IMG/VR virus record: IMGVR_UViG_3300045738_001030
Length of the DNA: 64,000 nt
DNA from: an uncultured virus (IMG/VR IMGVR_UViG_3300045738_001030)
Taxonomy: Duplodnaviria; Heunggongvirae; Uroviricota; Caudoviricetes
Reading direction: 5' to 3' (one strand)
In this document: positions 44,115-53,606 of the stretch, piece after piece
Layout of the letters: the number at the start of each line of letters is the position of its first letter
Numbering within the stretch: position 1 is the stretch's first letter
Translations under genes and position numbers: made by a program
The notes under the pieces: model-generated
What the model was told of the DNA's origin: nothing
Seen by the model: the letters and a program-made list of their open reading frames with translations, nothing else
Database searches by the model: none

Positions 44115-47100
44115 ATGGATCAGTCTTATCAACAGCAACAGCTGATGATGCAGATGCAGCAGCAGCAGATGATGATGATGGGAATTCCCATGGGGGGAAT
44201 GACCATGAATCCGTTTGCCCAGCGGGGGCAGACGGATTTGATGCTGATGAACCAGTTAGCGCAGAATTTTGCTCCGGTTATGACTGCGCCGCAACAGCAG
44301 ATGCGCACAGGTTTCGAGTCGTTGCCCGGATTCAATCAGCCCGGCTTAATGGGCGGCATGATGAATATGATTGTGGCTCCCATGTTGCAGCAAATGATGG
44401 GGAAGCAGGGAATGATGCCCGGAGGCATTTCCCCTCAGAATCTCATGGATTTCATGGATTCTCGGCAATATCAAACTGATCAACTGAGCATAATGAGTCA
44501 GCTTGGTGAGCGGGATGAGGAGGGTTACTATCAGACTTTACGTGGTATGCAGGCTTTGACTGGGGGGCCGTTTAATGCCCCGCAAAGAGCTGCGGCACGC
44601 AATCTCGCATCTACTGCTGCGGGGTTGACTTCAACAATAGCTCCATTCGCTCCTGAACTTATTGACACTCTTTCGGGACGAGCAGGTTCGGCAGCGGTTA
44701 TGGGAATGCGTATGCAGCAGTTTAATCGGTTCAAAACCGATCCTTCCACGGGGTTAATGGGATATAGCCTTGAATCTAATGTGCAACAGGCAGAAGAGAT
44801 TTTTGACGAGATGTTTGCGCCGGACAACATGTCGCAAATGAGAGGTATGCGTGCCGGGCAAGTAGGCAACATGTATGGCGAATTGATGAAGCGGGGAATG
44901 ATAGGCGGAGATGCCCGACCTTTCCGTGAGAGGATTCAGTCAGCGGCTGAGGGAGTACTGGGAGGCGGAAATGACGAGTCTATAAAGGCAATTCAGGCTT
45001 TAGGTCTGCCTAAAACTGCCGGGGGAGAAATAGACTTCAAAGACATGAGTGCTGGTCAGATGGACAAACTCCGGGGTTTGGAGGGCGTTCAGGGTGAGAT
45101 GAGGTCGTTTAATGCCGATAAAGTAACAAGAAGCCTAGAGGGTTATGTTGATGCTGTAACCACCATGCGTGAAATATTCGGCGATGCGGGTATGTCAAAT
45201 GCGCCGATGGCAAAATTGATACAGGGGTTAGAGGCATTGTCGCAAGGATCAATGACTCAAATCAATCCCGGCGATTTGAACATGATGGTGCGTACGACTC
45301 AACAGTTGGCACAGCAATCCGGGATGACAATTGATTCCGCCATAATGATGCAGCAACAGGGTGCTACGACATTACAGGGATTAGGGGTTGAACGAATTTT
45401 TGCCCCTAAGATTACGCAAGGTGCTATGGCGTTCGGTCAAGCAGCGGATGCCGCAGGAGTGGGGGCTCATCAAGCGTGGGGGCTGGAAAATATGGATTTC
45501 CAGCGGCAGTTTGATCAAAACGCAAGAGCCCGTGCTGTCGCTTCCCCGGCGGCTAATGCGATGGGCGCATTAATACGAGCCGAAGAGCAGTTTGGTGGTT
45601 TTGGCACCGCTAACGAAGAAGAAAGACAAGCCACAGCTCTTTCTAAGGCGATCCAAGAAGGACGTACAGAATATACATACAAAGATGAAAAGGGAAACGA
45701 GGTTGCGCCTAGATCCGTTTTTAGTGACACAAATCTCATACAGGCAATGATTGCACGGCAAGGAGAGAAGAGAGGAAATTTTGACGAGAAGGCCGCTGGT
45801 AGCCGGGCGATGAGGATGATGACGCAAGAAGGAGCTAACCGAGAAAGAGCTTTTGAGGTAAATGCGCAAGATCTTGCAAGGCAAATGCAACCGGCAGAAG
45901 TACGTGAGCAGCTTATTAACCCGCGAGCCACGGGTGTATTTGGCGCGTATGTTGATGATGAGGAAGATGCGCGAAAAATGGCTGCTGCTTTTTCAGATAC
46001 TTTCACTTCTATGGATCGGGAAACGGCCACAAACACTAAGAATCGCAACGTGGCATTTGCAAAGGCTATGCGTGATTCTGGGGGAGCCAAAGGACTTACT
46101 GACGAACAATTGGAAGCGATGGCAGCAGATGCATATGGGGCGGTTGATACGGCAGTTAGAGATCCTAACAATCCTTTCGGGGGTTATCGATCAGCTCAAA
46201 ATCTTATGGTTCAAGTTAATGAGGGGACGTTACGAGATACGGCCTTCCGAACTAGACGTGCCAGAATTGATGCGGGTATTAAGGACGCTATGACGGGTCT
46301 CACCGGGCACGGAGTACTTGCTAATTTGGTGGACGCTGTTCAAACGGCTGGCGAAGATGAAACGCAAGCCACGTTAACTGATGTTCTAGGTAAGACTTTT
46401 GGTGGTATCCAGAAGACTGAAGTAGCAGAACGTTTAACTGAGCCGATGGAAAATTTACGAGAAATAAGGACTGATATTGAGCGTACACAGCGGCTGATCA
46501 AGCAAGCTCCGGATAGCGCTGCGAAGGACAAGCTACTTGGGGATCTGGCAAACCAAAGAGATACGTTGAAACAAAGAACAGACCAATTGCGAGACATGGC
46601 CGAACGGGAGGGATTACTTGAGCAGCAGGACATATTAGATATAACGGATATCGATGCATACGAGGCTGCCGAAGAGACCAGAAAACAAAACCAAATGACA
46701 GCGGCCTCGTTTATGATTCGTCCTTTCGGCGACGAAACACCCGAACAGAAGGTAGCTAGGGGCAGAAGAACGGGATTGTTACGTGCTGAAGGTACGGGAC
46801 CTGAACAAATTGGTGCACTTCTCGGAGAGGCCAAGGCAAATGAGTTGTTAGATGAATTTGCCAAGGAAGTGGCGATAGAGGAGAAAAAAGAATCCTTAAG
46901 AGTTGATCTCGCTGCGGCGGAAACAGACGAAGACAAAGAAGATATAAGAAAGCAAATTGCTGACGCTGACGAACCGGATGAGGATGCTGTTACAGCTGCT
47001 CGCGGTCGTCTTGCTGCGGGTGAGCAAGAGCTTACTGATGATCAACGTATACGTCTTCTGGGCGCACGTAGAGACATAATAAGAATTGCACCTACGAAAG

Positions 47101-48965
47101 GCGAAGTAACTGCTGAGATGTCGGAAGCTCTGACCGATGCGGACTTTAAGAAGTTTGAAGACGATGACGATGTTAGAAGGTTATTCGCGGGATCAAGAGC
47201 TACACAGGCACGCATGCAGAAAACCGGTGTGACTGAGGAAGATCTAGCTGCCCTAGCTCCGGATGTCGAAATGTCAAATGTAGATGCACGCCTTGCGGAA
47301 TTAGGATTAGATCCCGCTAATGTCTCTGATGAAAATAAGCAACGCTTACTTTCCTCGATGCGGGAGTCTGATGCATATCCCAAATTGGCCGCGCAAGCGG
47401 TGTCTTCGGGGGAAATGGACTTAATGCGTGAGCGCTATGAGGGTATGACTGAAGAGCAACGTAATATGCTCAGGGGAGGCAGTAAGGACGCCTTTGACCG
47501 TGTGCAGCACCTTATTGATACCACGGGCACCTCACGATTTGTTAGGGAGGCAGGCGGTAAAGGTCTGATGCTTCGGGATGAATTGCAGGACCTCCAAGCA
47601 CAAGAAACCAAGTTATTAGCGGCGGCAGGTGGTGATAGGGGTGCTTTCGCGACCGGGGCATTTGGCGGCGGTATCACCGCCGACAGGCGACTCTCAAACT
47701 ATTTTATGACGGAACATAATATTGACCCGGATAAGTTCTTTTATGATGGAACCGAGACAGATGAGTCTGGGAAAGTACGTGAAGCCGGTGAATTACGAGA
47801 TGAGTATGCTAAGGGTGACTTGAGTGGGGAGCCCGGTGCACCCCTTACTCGTGCTGATTTCGAAAAAACTGAGGGTGTAACTGACAGCACTCTACATCGA
47901 AAAAGAAGAGCTATATTGGCTTCAGTGGATATGCAGGCGGAGTGGAGTAAATTACAAGAACAAAAAGGAAGAGCCACTGATGAACTGATCGGAGCTATTG
48001 GTGCGCGGGGTGGTCGTTTTACCATTACACCAAGCGAAGAGACGGAGGCGGAGGCAGCGGAATTAGGAATGGACGCAACTGTGTTGCAATCTTTGAGAAG
48101 TACTGCTCGTTTGAAGGGTGTTGATATTACGGATGAGAGGTTACGGGAGCTTACTTTGGGGGTATCTAGAAGGGGGACGGATCACATACCTGCTCCCGCC
48201 ACCGATGAAGAAGCAAAAATCATGGAAGGGGGAAAAGCATCTCGCGATTTGGTCGCTCTTTCGGCTGAGCAATATCACGCGATAAGTACGACAGATATGG
48301 ACCAGTTAGCGGAACATGAGTATCAGGCTCTTACCGATACCGGGATGACTTATGATCAATTCGCAACCGCTAGAGGTCAGTTTGAAACTGTACGGGCAAG
48401 TCGTAACGAGGCGGTTGCACGTATGGACAAATCTGATCTGTCTGATCCTAGTGACGCCATGAAGGCCATCGGCACCGCGATGGGTTTAGAGGGTAAAGAC
48501 CTAGACGAATTTCGTCAGAATCGTCAGGTGGCTCCGAAGATGGGAACTGGGGAGGGGCAAGCGTGGGCGCGCGAAATAACGAGTTCTATCGGTGGTATTG
48601 AAGGGGCAGCGGAGGAGATGGAGGGCACCGATGCAACGGAATTGTTTAAGGATATTCAATCTGCTCTAAAGGGCGGCAAACTTAGCGACGCGTTACAGGG
48701 TCGTACTGATTCCGGGGAATTGCTGGAACAAGGAGCCGTTTTACAGCAAACTGGTATGCTGGATATATTGGCTGGCGGGGGCACGGGAGGGGACATAGGG
48801 CCACAACTTGTTGAAGCTCTTAAAAGTTTACAAGACAGTCAAAAAACCGTGGCAGACATGAAGGACAGAACTATGCGGATTACCGGACATTTACAGGTTT
48901 CAGGTGCGACAGCAACGCTTAATGCCGTGGGTAGTGGCGGTGCTAATACAAAGGCTACGACGTAG
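44115..48965 (+). CDS. Tape measure protein
   Basis: 1616 aa; Ala/Gly/Met/Gln-rich helical; Cys-free; follows the chaperone pair. Confidence 0.8.
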   Translation: MDQSYQQQQLMMQMQQQQMMMMGIPMGGMTMNPFAQRGQTDLMLMNQLAQNFAPVMTAPQQQMRTGFESLPGFNQPGLMGGMMNMIVAPMLQQMMGKQGMMPGGISPQNLMDFMDSRQYQTDQLSIMSQLGERDEEGYYQTLRGMQALTGGPFNAPQRAAARNLASTAAGLTSTIAPFAPELIDTLSGRAGSAAVMGMRMQQFNRFKTDPSTGLMGYSLESNVQQAEEIFDEMFAPDNMSQMRGMRAGQVGNMYGELMKRGMIGGDARPFRERIQSAAEGVLGGGNDESIKAIQALGLPKTAGGEIDFKDMSAGQMDKLRGLEGVQGEMRSFNADKVTRSLEGYVDAVTTMREIFGDAGMSNAPMAKLIQGLEALSQGSMTQINPGDLNMMVRTTQQLAQQSGMTIDSAIMMQQQGATTLQGLGVERIFAPKITQGAMAFGQAADAAGVGAHQAWGLENMDFQRQFDQNARARAVASPAANAMGALIRAEEQFGGFGTANEEERQATALSKAIQEGRTEYTYKDEKGNEVAPRSVFSDTNLIQAMIARQGEKRGNFDEKAAGSRAMRMMTQEGANRERAFEVNAQDLARQMQPAEVREQLINPRATGVFGAYVDDEEDARKMAAAFSDTFTSMDRETATNTKNRNVAFAKAMRDSGGAKGLTDEQLEAMAADAYGAVDTAVRDPNNPFGGYRSAQNLMVQVNEGTLRDTAFRTRRARIDAGIKDAMTGLTGHGVLANLVDAVQTAGEDETQATLTDVLGKTFGGIQKTEVAERLTEPMENLREIRTDIERTQRLIKQAPDSAAKDKLLGDLANQRDTLKQRTDQLRDMAEREGLLEQQDILDITDIDAYEAAEETRKQNQMTAASFMIRPFGDETPEQKVARGRRTGLLRAEGTGPEQIGALLGEAKANELLDEFAKEVAIEEKKESLRVDLAAAETDEDKEDIRKQIADADEPDEDAVTAARGRLAAGEQELTDDQRIRLLGARRDIIRIAPTKGEVTAEMSEALTDADFKKFEDDDDVRRLFAGSRATQARMQKTGVTEEDLAALAPDVEMSNVDARLAELGLDPANVSDENKQRLLSSMRESDAYPKLAAQAVSSGEMDLMRERYEGMTEEQRNMLRGGSKDAFDRVQHLIDTTGTSRFVREAGGKGLMLRDELQDLQAQETKLLAAAGGDRGAFATGAFGGGITADRRLSNYFMTEHNIDPDKFFYDGTETDESGKVREAGELRDEYAKGDLSGEPGAPLTRADFEKTEGVTDSTLHRKRRAILASVDMQAEWSKLQEQKGRATDELIGAIGARGGRFTITPSEETEAEAAELGMDATVLQSLRSTARLKGVDITDERLRELTLGVSRRGTDHIPAPATDEEAKIMEGGKASRDLVALSAEQYHAISTTDMDQLAEHEYQALTDTGMTYDQFATARGQFETVRASRNEAVARMDKSDLSDPSDAMKAIGTAMGLEGKDLDEFRQNRQVAPKMGTGEGQAWAREITSSIGGIEGAAEEMEGTDATELFKDIQSALKGGKLSDALQGRTDSGELLEQGAVLQQTGMLDILAGGGTGGDIGPQLVEALKSLQDSQKTVADMKDRTMRITGHLQVSGATATLNAVGSGGANTKATT

Positions 48966-48983
48966 TATTTTAGGAGAGACAAA

Positions 48984-49454
48984 ATGCCATCTGTTTTTAC
49001 AGGAGGACGTGTAGGGTCAGTAGCAAGGATGACTGGCATCAGAACAGTAACTTTTTCTCTTTTAGAGACTGACCCTACCATTGCAAAAGCTAAAACCGCT
49101 TTGCAGGGTTTTAGTATGCAAGATAACGTTAACGTACAGTTCACTCATACGATGGGTGACGATATTTATATGAACGTTTTCGGTAACCGCATGGGTGTTT
49201 TGACTATTGACGGAGTATCATTTAATGCGGAAGCCAGCGGGGGAGCATGTGATAACGGGCCGCACGGCATTATAAAAATGATTGAGTGGTATGAGGAGAA
49301 TCGCGCCTCAAATCGACTTGACCCAATTGAAGTAAAAATCAGCGGACAAGCCGCAACCCAAGGATTCCTAATCGCCGCAACTTATCGTGCTAATGACCCC
49401 ATGAATTGGGTAGTTAGTTACCAGATGCAGGTGGCGACGGTTCCAAGGACGTAA
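48984..49454 (+). CDS. Putative tail-tube initiator / baseplate tube-like protein
   Basis: 156 aa right after tape measure; VNVQFTHTMGDDIYMNVFGNRMGVLTIDG tube-fold pattern. Confidence 0.55.
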   Translation: MPSVFTGGRVGSVARMTGIRTVTFSLLETDPTIAKAKTALQGFSMQDNVNVQFTHTMGDDIYMNVFGNRMGVLTIDGVSFNAEASGGACDNGPHGIIKMIEWYEENRASNRLDPIEVKISGQAATQGFLIAATYRANDPMNWVVSYQMQVATVPRT

Positions 49455-49457
49455 TAG

Positions 49458-50261
49458 ATGTTTAATCACGCACGAACATTACTGCTTAACATCTCTGGAT
49501 CTAATAGTCCGGATGTTTCTTATCTAGGTGAAGAACTTGTACCCGCAGACTACGAGGCGGTGACGTTTCCAAGTTTCATAGAGAATGTTCGACGTCCTAT
49601 TTTTGGTGCCGACCCGGATCGTGCCATGCTCAACTACCGTATTCGTCAACTTTTGATCTCGATTGATGATACCGATCTCCAGCAGTACATAATTGACTTA
49701 GATAATCGTATCACTTATACGCTTGGAGAAGATACTACTTTTGCGAAGCATGAGACGTGGGCTCCGGTGATTACACGGTATGGGGGAACAGAAGACGACA
49801 TTGCGACTGTAGGTGGCAATTCTGAACGTCCTGATTTCACGGGAAGGATGTTTTATCAATTTAACGTAAGTATTCCATCTTCTGTGCTCATTCAGATATA
49901 CCGAGAAACACCGCCGCTTAAATCCCAGAATTTAGACTTGGCATTAACGAGTGGTTTGTCAGCACCTTACGACTTGTTTTATACGGGTCACACTGTGTAT
50001 GTGAATACTACTAATACGGACGCTGCTTGGTCTATTTCAGGATACTTGCGCCCGCAAATATCCCTCGCAGAAATAGCTGCCCAGCTAGACTCTGTTGGCG
50101 ATGATGTATTGACAGAGCTTTTTGGGACAAAACGAATAGAACCGTGGAATACTTTCAGGAATTTATGGTATGACCATCCGGAATTGCCATACAAGATGGG
50201 CGGTCTCATTCTCGCTTTGATTTATCGTACTGATGCGGTGAGGATGAACGTCAATGGCTAA
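49458..50261 (+). CDS. Hypothetical tail/baseplate protein
   Basis: 267-aa ORF coupled to neighbours in the baseplate module. Confidence 0.6.
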   Translation: MFNHARTLLLNISGSNSPDVSYLGEELVPADYEAVTFPSFIENVRRPIFGADPDRAMLNYRIRQLLISIDDTDLQQYIIDLDNRITYTLGEDTTFAKHETWAPVITRYGGTEDDIATVGGNSERPDFTGRMFYQFNVSIPSSVLIQIYRETPPLKSQNLDLALTSGLSAPYDLFYTGHTVYVNTTNTDAAWSISGYLRPQISLAEIAAQLDSVGDDVLTELFGTKRIEPWNTFRNLWYDHPELPYKMGGLILALIYRTDAVRMNVNG

Positions 50262-51936
50262 AATAGGTCTTCCTAACGTAGCGCGAGTTCAGTTCTTTGC
50301 TAAAAAGCACTCTTCGTTGTGGCTTGAAGTAAATGGTAAAAAATATGCCATATCTCAGTACAGTTCTACGTTTGCAGTAAACGAAATACCTTCGGCAACA
50401 TGTGTATTAGCGACAGGGGAAAAAATAAACAAAAAGGAGAAAGATAAGTTCAATCCTGCGGAAGACTTGGCAGCATCATTAAGCGGGGTGGGATTTGCTA
50501 AAGCGGAAGTAATCTTAAAATTCTCCGGCACGAAGACTGACTGGGAACCGCCGCTTGGCAGCAAGGGATGGCGGGGCACAAAGAAGATATTTGAAGGTTA
50601 TTACGCTGGAATTTCTTATCACCGGGTAGGAAACAAAATTCAGTGCACAGTTAGTTTGGTACACAAGTTAGTGGATTTGACATTCGGTTCTATCTTTTCC
50701 GCAAAAATGCACTCTTCAAACCCGGCATCTTTGATTAGACCGGCTACTGTAGCAGTACTGGGGGGCTGTGGGGGCTTCGCAGCTGGTGGTTCTTGGGCTA
50801 GCACAGCTTTCGTGGGTGATAAATTACCTCCGCCAGCCGCGAAAGGTGCCAATCAGGGACTTGGTGGTCGCCTGATTAAGATACTTAAATGCTTGGCTGA
50901 ATTAGACATTTTCGAACTACCCTGCGATGGGGACGGTCCCAGCGGCGTTCTTAATGGTGCGGTAATGGAAATACTAGAAAACATGGAATCTGAGACAGGT
51001 GAACTCAAACCGCCCCTTAATCAACCACCATTCGATACGTCTATTGCCTCTTACATAGGCAACAATCTGAACTCTTTCCGGGGAACTACCTTTTGGGATC
51101 TCTTGGTGGGGAAATGGTGTCCGGATTTCATGATCGCACTCTCTCCGTTGCCGGGTAAGACGGATGGCGGCAAGTTCAAGTGTTACGCAAATCTTATCCC
51201 CAACATACCAACGTATGACAAATTTTTCAAAACCCTCTACTTGAACGATTACGTCGAATTTCAAATGCGGGCTACGCAGGAAAATCCTTTGGCTGCTGTT
51301 GGTATTTTATCTCCGGTTGTCTCGGCTACGGGTGCGCAGTGGGTTACTGAACCAAAAAGCCCCCAAAGAGGTTACACGTGCATTGGTGGTCAGTACCCGA
51401 AGACACCTAAACCACAGGGGCAATATCTGGCTTTAGATGCTCCCGGCTGGTTTCAGCAGGTTCTAGAGAGCAGTAAGGGAGCTAGTGAAATAGCTAAGGG
51501 AGCTAATGAGATATCTAATCCCAATCAGAAGCAGAACAACCGCCCCACAAGTTACGAGGCATACAAAGCTCCGCTTACCGAGGCGATGAATAACATTGCG
51601 CATGTCTATTATGCGGCCAATGCTTTGCGAGGTCGTGTCGGTTCTTTCAGCAGCAAGTTACGTTTTGATATACCTCCCGGCGCTATGGTTACCTTAAAAA
51701 AGAGCCCCAAGGCGGCGGGAGGTGCCACTAAAGACTTACCCTCTGACTTTCACGTGCAAATTACGCGGGTGTCCTATAACATTAATTCAGATACCCCTGT
51801 AGCGAGAACAGAGTTTCAATGTGCAACTATTCGCACCCCAAGGGAACTTAAGGACAAAGATTATACGTTGAGTTCGCATCCTTTTGTTGATGGGACATGG
51901 AATGGTGATGAATTTGTAAAAGGATGGGGATTCTAA
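50254..51936 (+). CDS. Putative baseplate hub protein (gp27/gpD-like)
   Basis: FAVNEIPSATCVL, KIFEGYYAG, LRFDIPPGAMV, ITRVSYNI; typical position. Confidence 0.58.
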   Translation: MAKIGLPNVARVQFFAKKHSSLWLEVNGKKYAISQYSSTFAVNEIPSATCVLATGEKINKKEKDKFNPAEDLAASLSGVGFAKAEVILKFSGTKTDWEPPLGSKGWRGTKKIFEGYYAGISYHRVGNKIQCTVSLVHKLVDLTFGSIFSAKMHSSNPASLIRPATVAVLGGCGGFAAGGSWASTAFVGDKLPPPAAKGANQGLGGRLIKILKCLAELDIFELPCDGDGPSGVLNGAVMEILENMESETGELKPPLNQPPFDTSIASYIGNNLNSFRGTTFWDLLVGKWCPDFMIALSPLPGKTDGGKFKCYANLIPNIPTYDKFFKTLYLNDYVEFQMRATQENPLAAVGILSPVVSATGAQWVTEPKSPQRGYTCIGGQYPKTPKPQGQYLALDAPGWFQQVLESSKGASEIAKGANEISNPNQKQNNRPTSYEAYKAPLTEAMNNIAHVYYAANALRGRVGSFSSKLRFDIPPGAMVTLKKSPKAAGGATKDLPSDFHVQITRVSYNINSDTPVARTEFQCATIRTPRELKDKDYTLSSHPFVDGTWNGDEFVKGWGF

Positions 51937-52658
51937 TGGATTACTTAGAGCCGGAATACCGGGAAGCTTATGAGGCGTGGGAGCAAGATCAAACTCCCAC
52001 CGGAAATGCGGCTATATTGGGGGCCATTGATCCAGTGGTACGAAAAGGCACTTCAATGTATGGCGGTGTAAGTCCTTTGACGCGCAGTCGTGGGCGGAAG
52101 TTGGCGCTAGAGGGTTTGCGTACTTATGATCGAAGCCGATCTCGTCTTCAAAGTCACCTTATAAATCAGCTAAAGGGGCTTCAGCGTATTTCTAAGCAGC
52201 AACATGAGGTAGTACATGCCCCCGAAAGAGTCTTATTAGATCGTTTCAAGCTACAGAGATACGAGCAAGAATTAATGGACACATTAGGACGTGACGGGAC
52301 AGACGCTGAGTTGGCAGACCAGTCTGGATTTTCGTTGAAACGTATAAAGCATATTCGAGGCTGGCAACCCGGAATGACAAGTAGCCAATTAGAGGACATT
52401 AGTCCTAATTTGGCGGGTGGTCAGTTTGTAGGGGGCGTTAGCAGTCAGGCAGCTTGGTTGGAAGTAGTTTATGACAGTTTGGCCCCCATGGATCAGAAGA
52501 TCATGGAATTTTCGATGGGACTTCACGGACGAAAAGAACTATCCAATCAGGAAATTGCCAAAAAGTTAAAGCGTACTCCCGGTGCGATAAGTCAACGCAA
52601 GAAAAAGATACAAGAGATTATCAGACAAGAAGAAGACCTTTCTCCCTTTATAGGATAA
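51936..52658 (+). CDS. Sigma70-family RNA polymerase sigma factor-like protein
   Basis: TAATG coupling; region 2-like LEGLRTYDRSRSRLQSHL; region 3 ELMDTLGRDGTDAELA; region 4 SLAPMDQKIMEFSMGL..LSNQEIAKKLKRTPGAISQRKKK. Confidence 0.8.
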   Translation: MDYLEPEYREAYEAWEQDQTPTGNAAILGAIDPVVRKGTSMYGGVSPLTRSRGRKLALEGLRTYDRSRSRLQSHLINQLKGLQRISKQQHEVVHAPERVLLDRFKLQRYEQELMDTLGRDGTDAELADQSGFSLKRIKHIRGWQPGMTSSQLEDISPNLAGGQFVGGVSSQAAWLEVVYDSLAPMDQKIMEFSMGLHGRKELSNQEIAKKLKRTPGAISQRKKKIQEIIRQEEDLSPFIG

Positions 52659-52663
52659 GTATC

Positions 52664-53122
52664 ATGGGTATTATAATCAAAGTAGATGCGCTGCTTGAAG
52701 AATTGATGAAGGACTTTAAGAAGCAAGCTAAAGAGGATGGCAAAGAACGCAAAAAGAACGAGCAAGTTCAATGGATAATGCCCCCGAAGCACAAGAGCTG
52801 GCAGGGGGATTTGTACGATTGGCCGTCTATGTACGATGCTTATGAGTCTGAAGAACTTAATGATCTTATGAAGTTCTCGATTGAATTGTCAGGGGAGTCA
52901 TCCAATGGTAATGATGGTGATGTGCTTCTGGGGCAATCTCAGATGGAATACAAGTCAATGCTAGAACGTGCTTTTCGTGCGAGGCATACGATGACATTTC
53001 CAAGAAACGTTGCCCATACCTGTGCCCGCAAGAAGGGGCAAGGAAAAGATGAAGGGCCTCTTGAGTATGGAGTGATAGATTACATGAGGCAGCTGGATAA
53101 AGTCGCTAAGAGGATAGTTTAA
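52664..53122 (+). CDS. Hypothetical protein
   Basis: 152-aa ORF with TAATG coupling to the next gene. Confidence 0.7.
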   Translation: MGIIIKVDALLEELMKDFKKQAKEDGKERKKNEQVQWIMPPKHKSWQGDLYDWPSMYDAYESEELNDLMKFSIELSGESSNGNDGDVLLGQSQMEYKSMLERAFRARHTMTFPRNVAHTCARKKGQGKDEGPLEYGVIDYMRQLDKVAKRIV

Positions 53123-53595
53123 TGAGCACTCTTGCAGATTATAAAGACCGGACTGTAGATGTGGCTGCTTTCACGGGGTGGGAGCTGGGGGCTGAACGAC
53201 AAGTAACGCAAGCTCTTGCGCTTCCCGGTTATAGCGGTTCAATCATAGCCGGTATCGAAAAATTAGTTCAAAGATTCACTATTGAGCTTTTCACCGAACT
53301 TGGAAGTCTTCTCTATCTTCCTGCGCGTGGCTGTTCTTTTATGATAGATGCCCGAAGTGGTATATGGCGTACGGTGGGAGACGTAGAAGAATCTTTTTCT
53401 TCAGCTCTTCTCACGGTTGCGACGAACTTGGGACTTGAAGAAACAGATGATGATCCTGATGACGAAGTTTTTTCTTCGGCTGAGGTGGTGGCAGTATCTT
53501 TGTTAGGAGATTCTGTGACGTTACGTTTAAAGATCATAAGCGCGGCTGACACATCTTTTACGGTTCTGTTACCTTTAACCGTAACTCCGTATTGA
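53122..53595 (+). CDS. Baseplate wedge / sheath initiator (gp25-like)
   Basis: IAGIEKLVQRFTIELFTELGSLLYLPARGCSF; precedes the baseplate J-like gene. Confidence 0.72.
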   Translation: MSTLADYKDRTVDVAAFTGWELGAERQVTQALALPGYSGSIIAGIEKLVQRFTIELFTELGSLLYLPARGCSFMIDARSGIWRTVGDVEESFSSALLTVATNLGLEETDDDPDDEVFSSAEVVAVSLLGDSVTLRLKIISAADTSFTVLLPLTVTPY

Positions 53596-53606
53596 GGTAC
53601 TTATAA

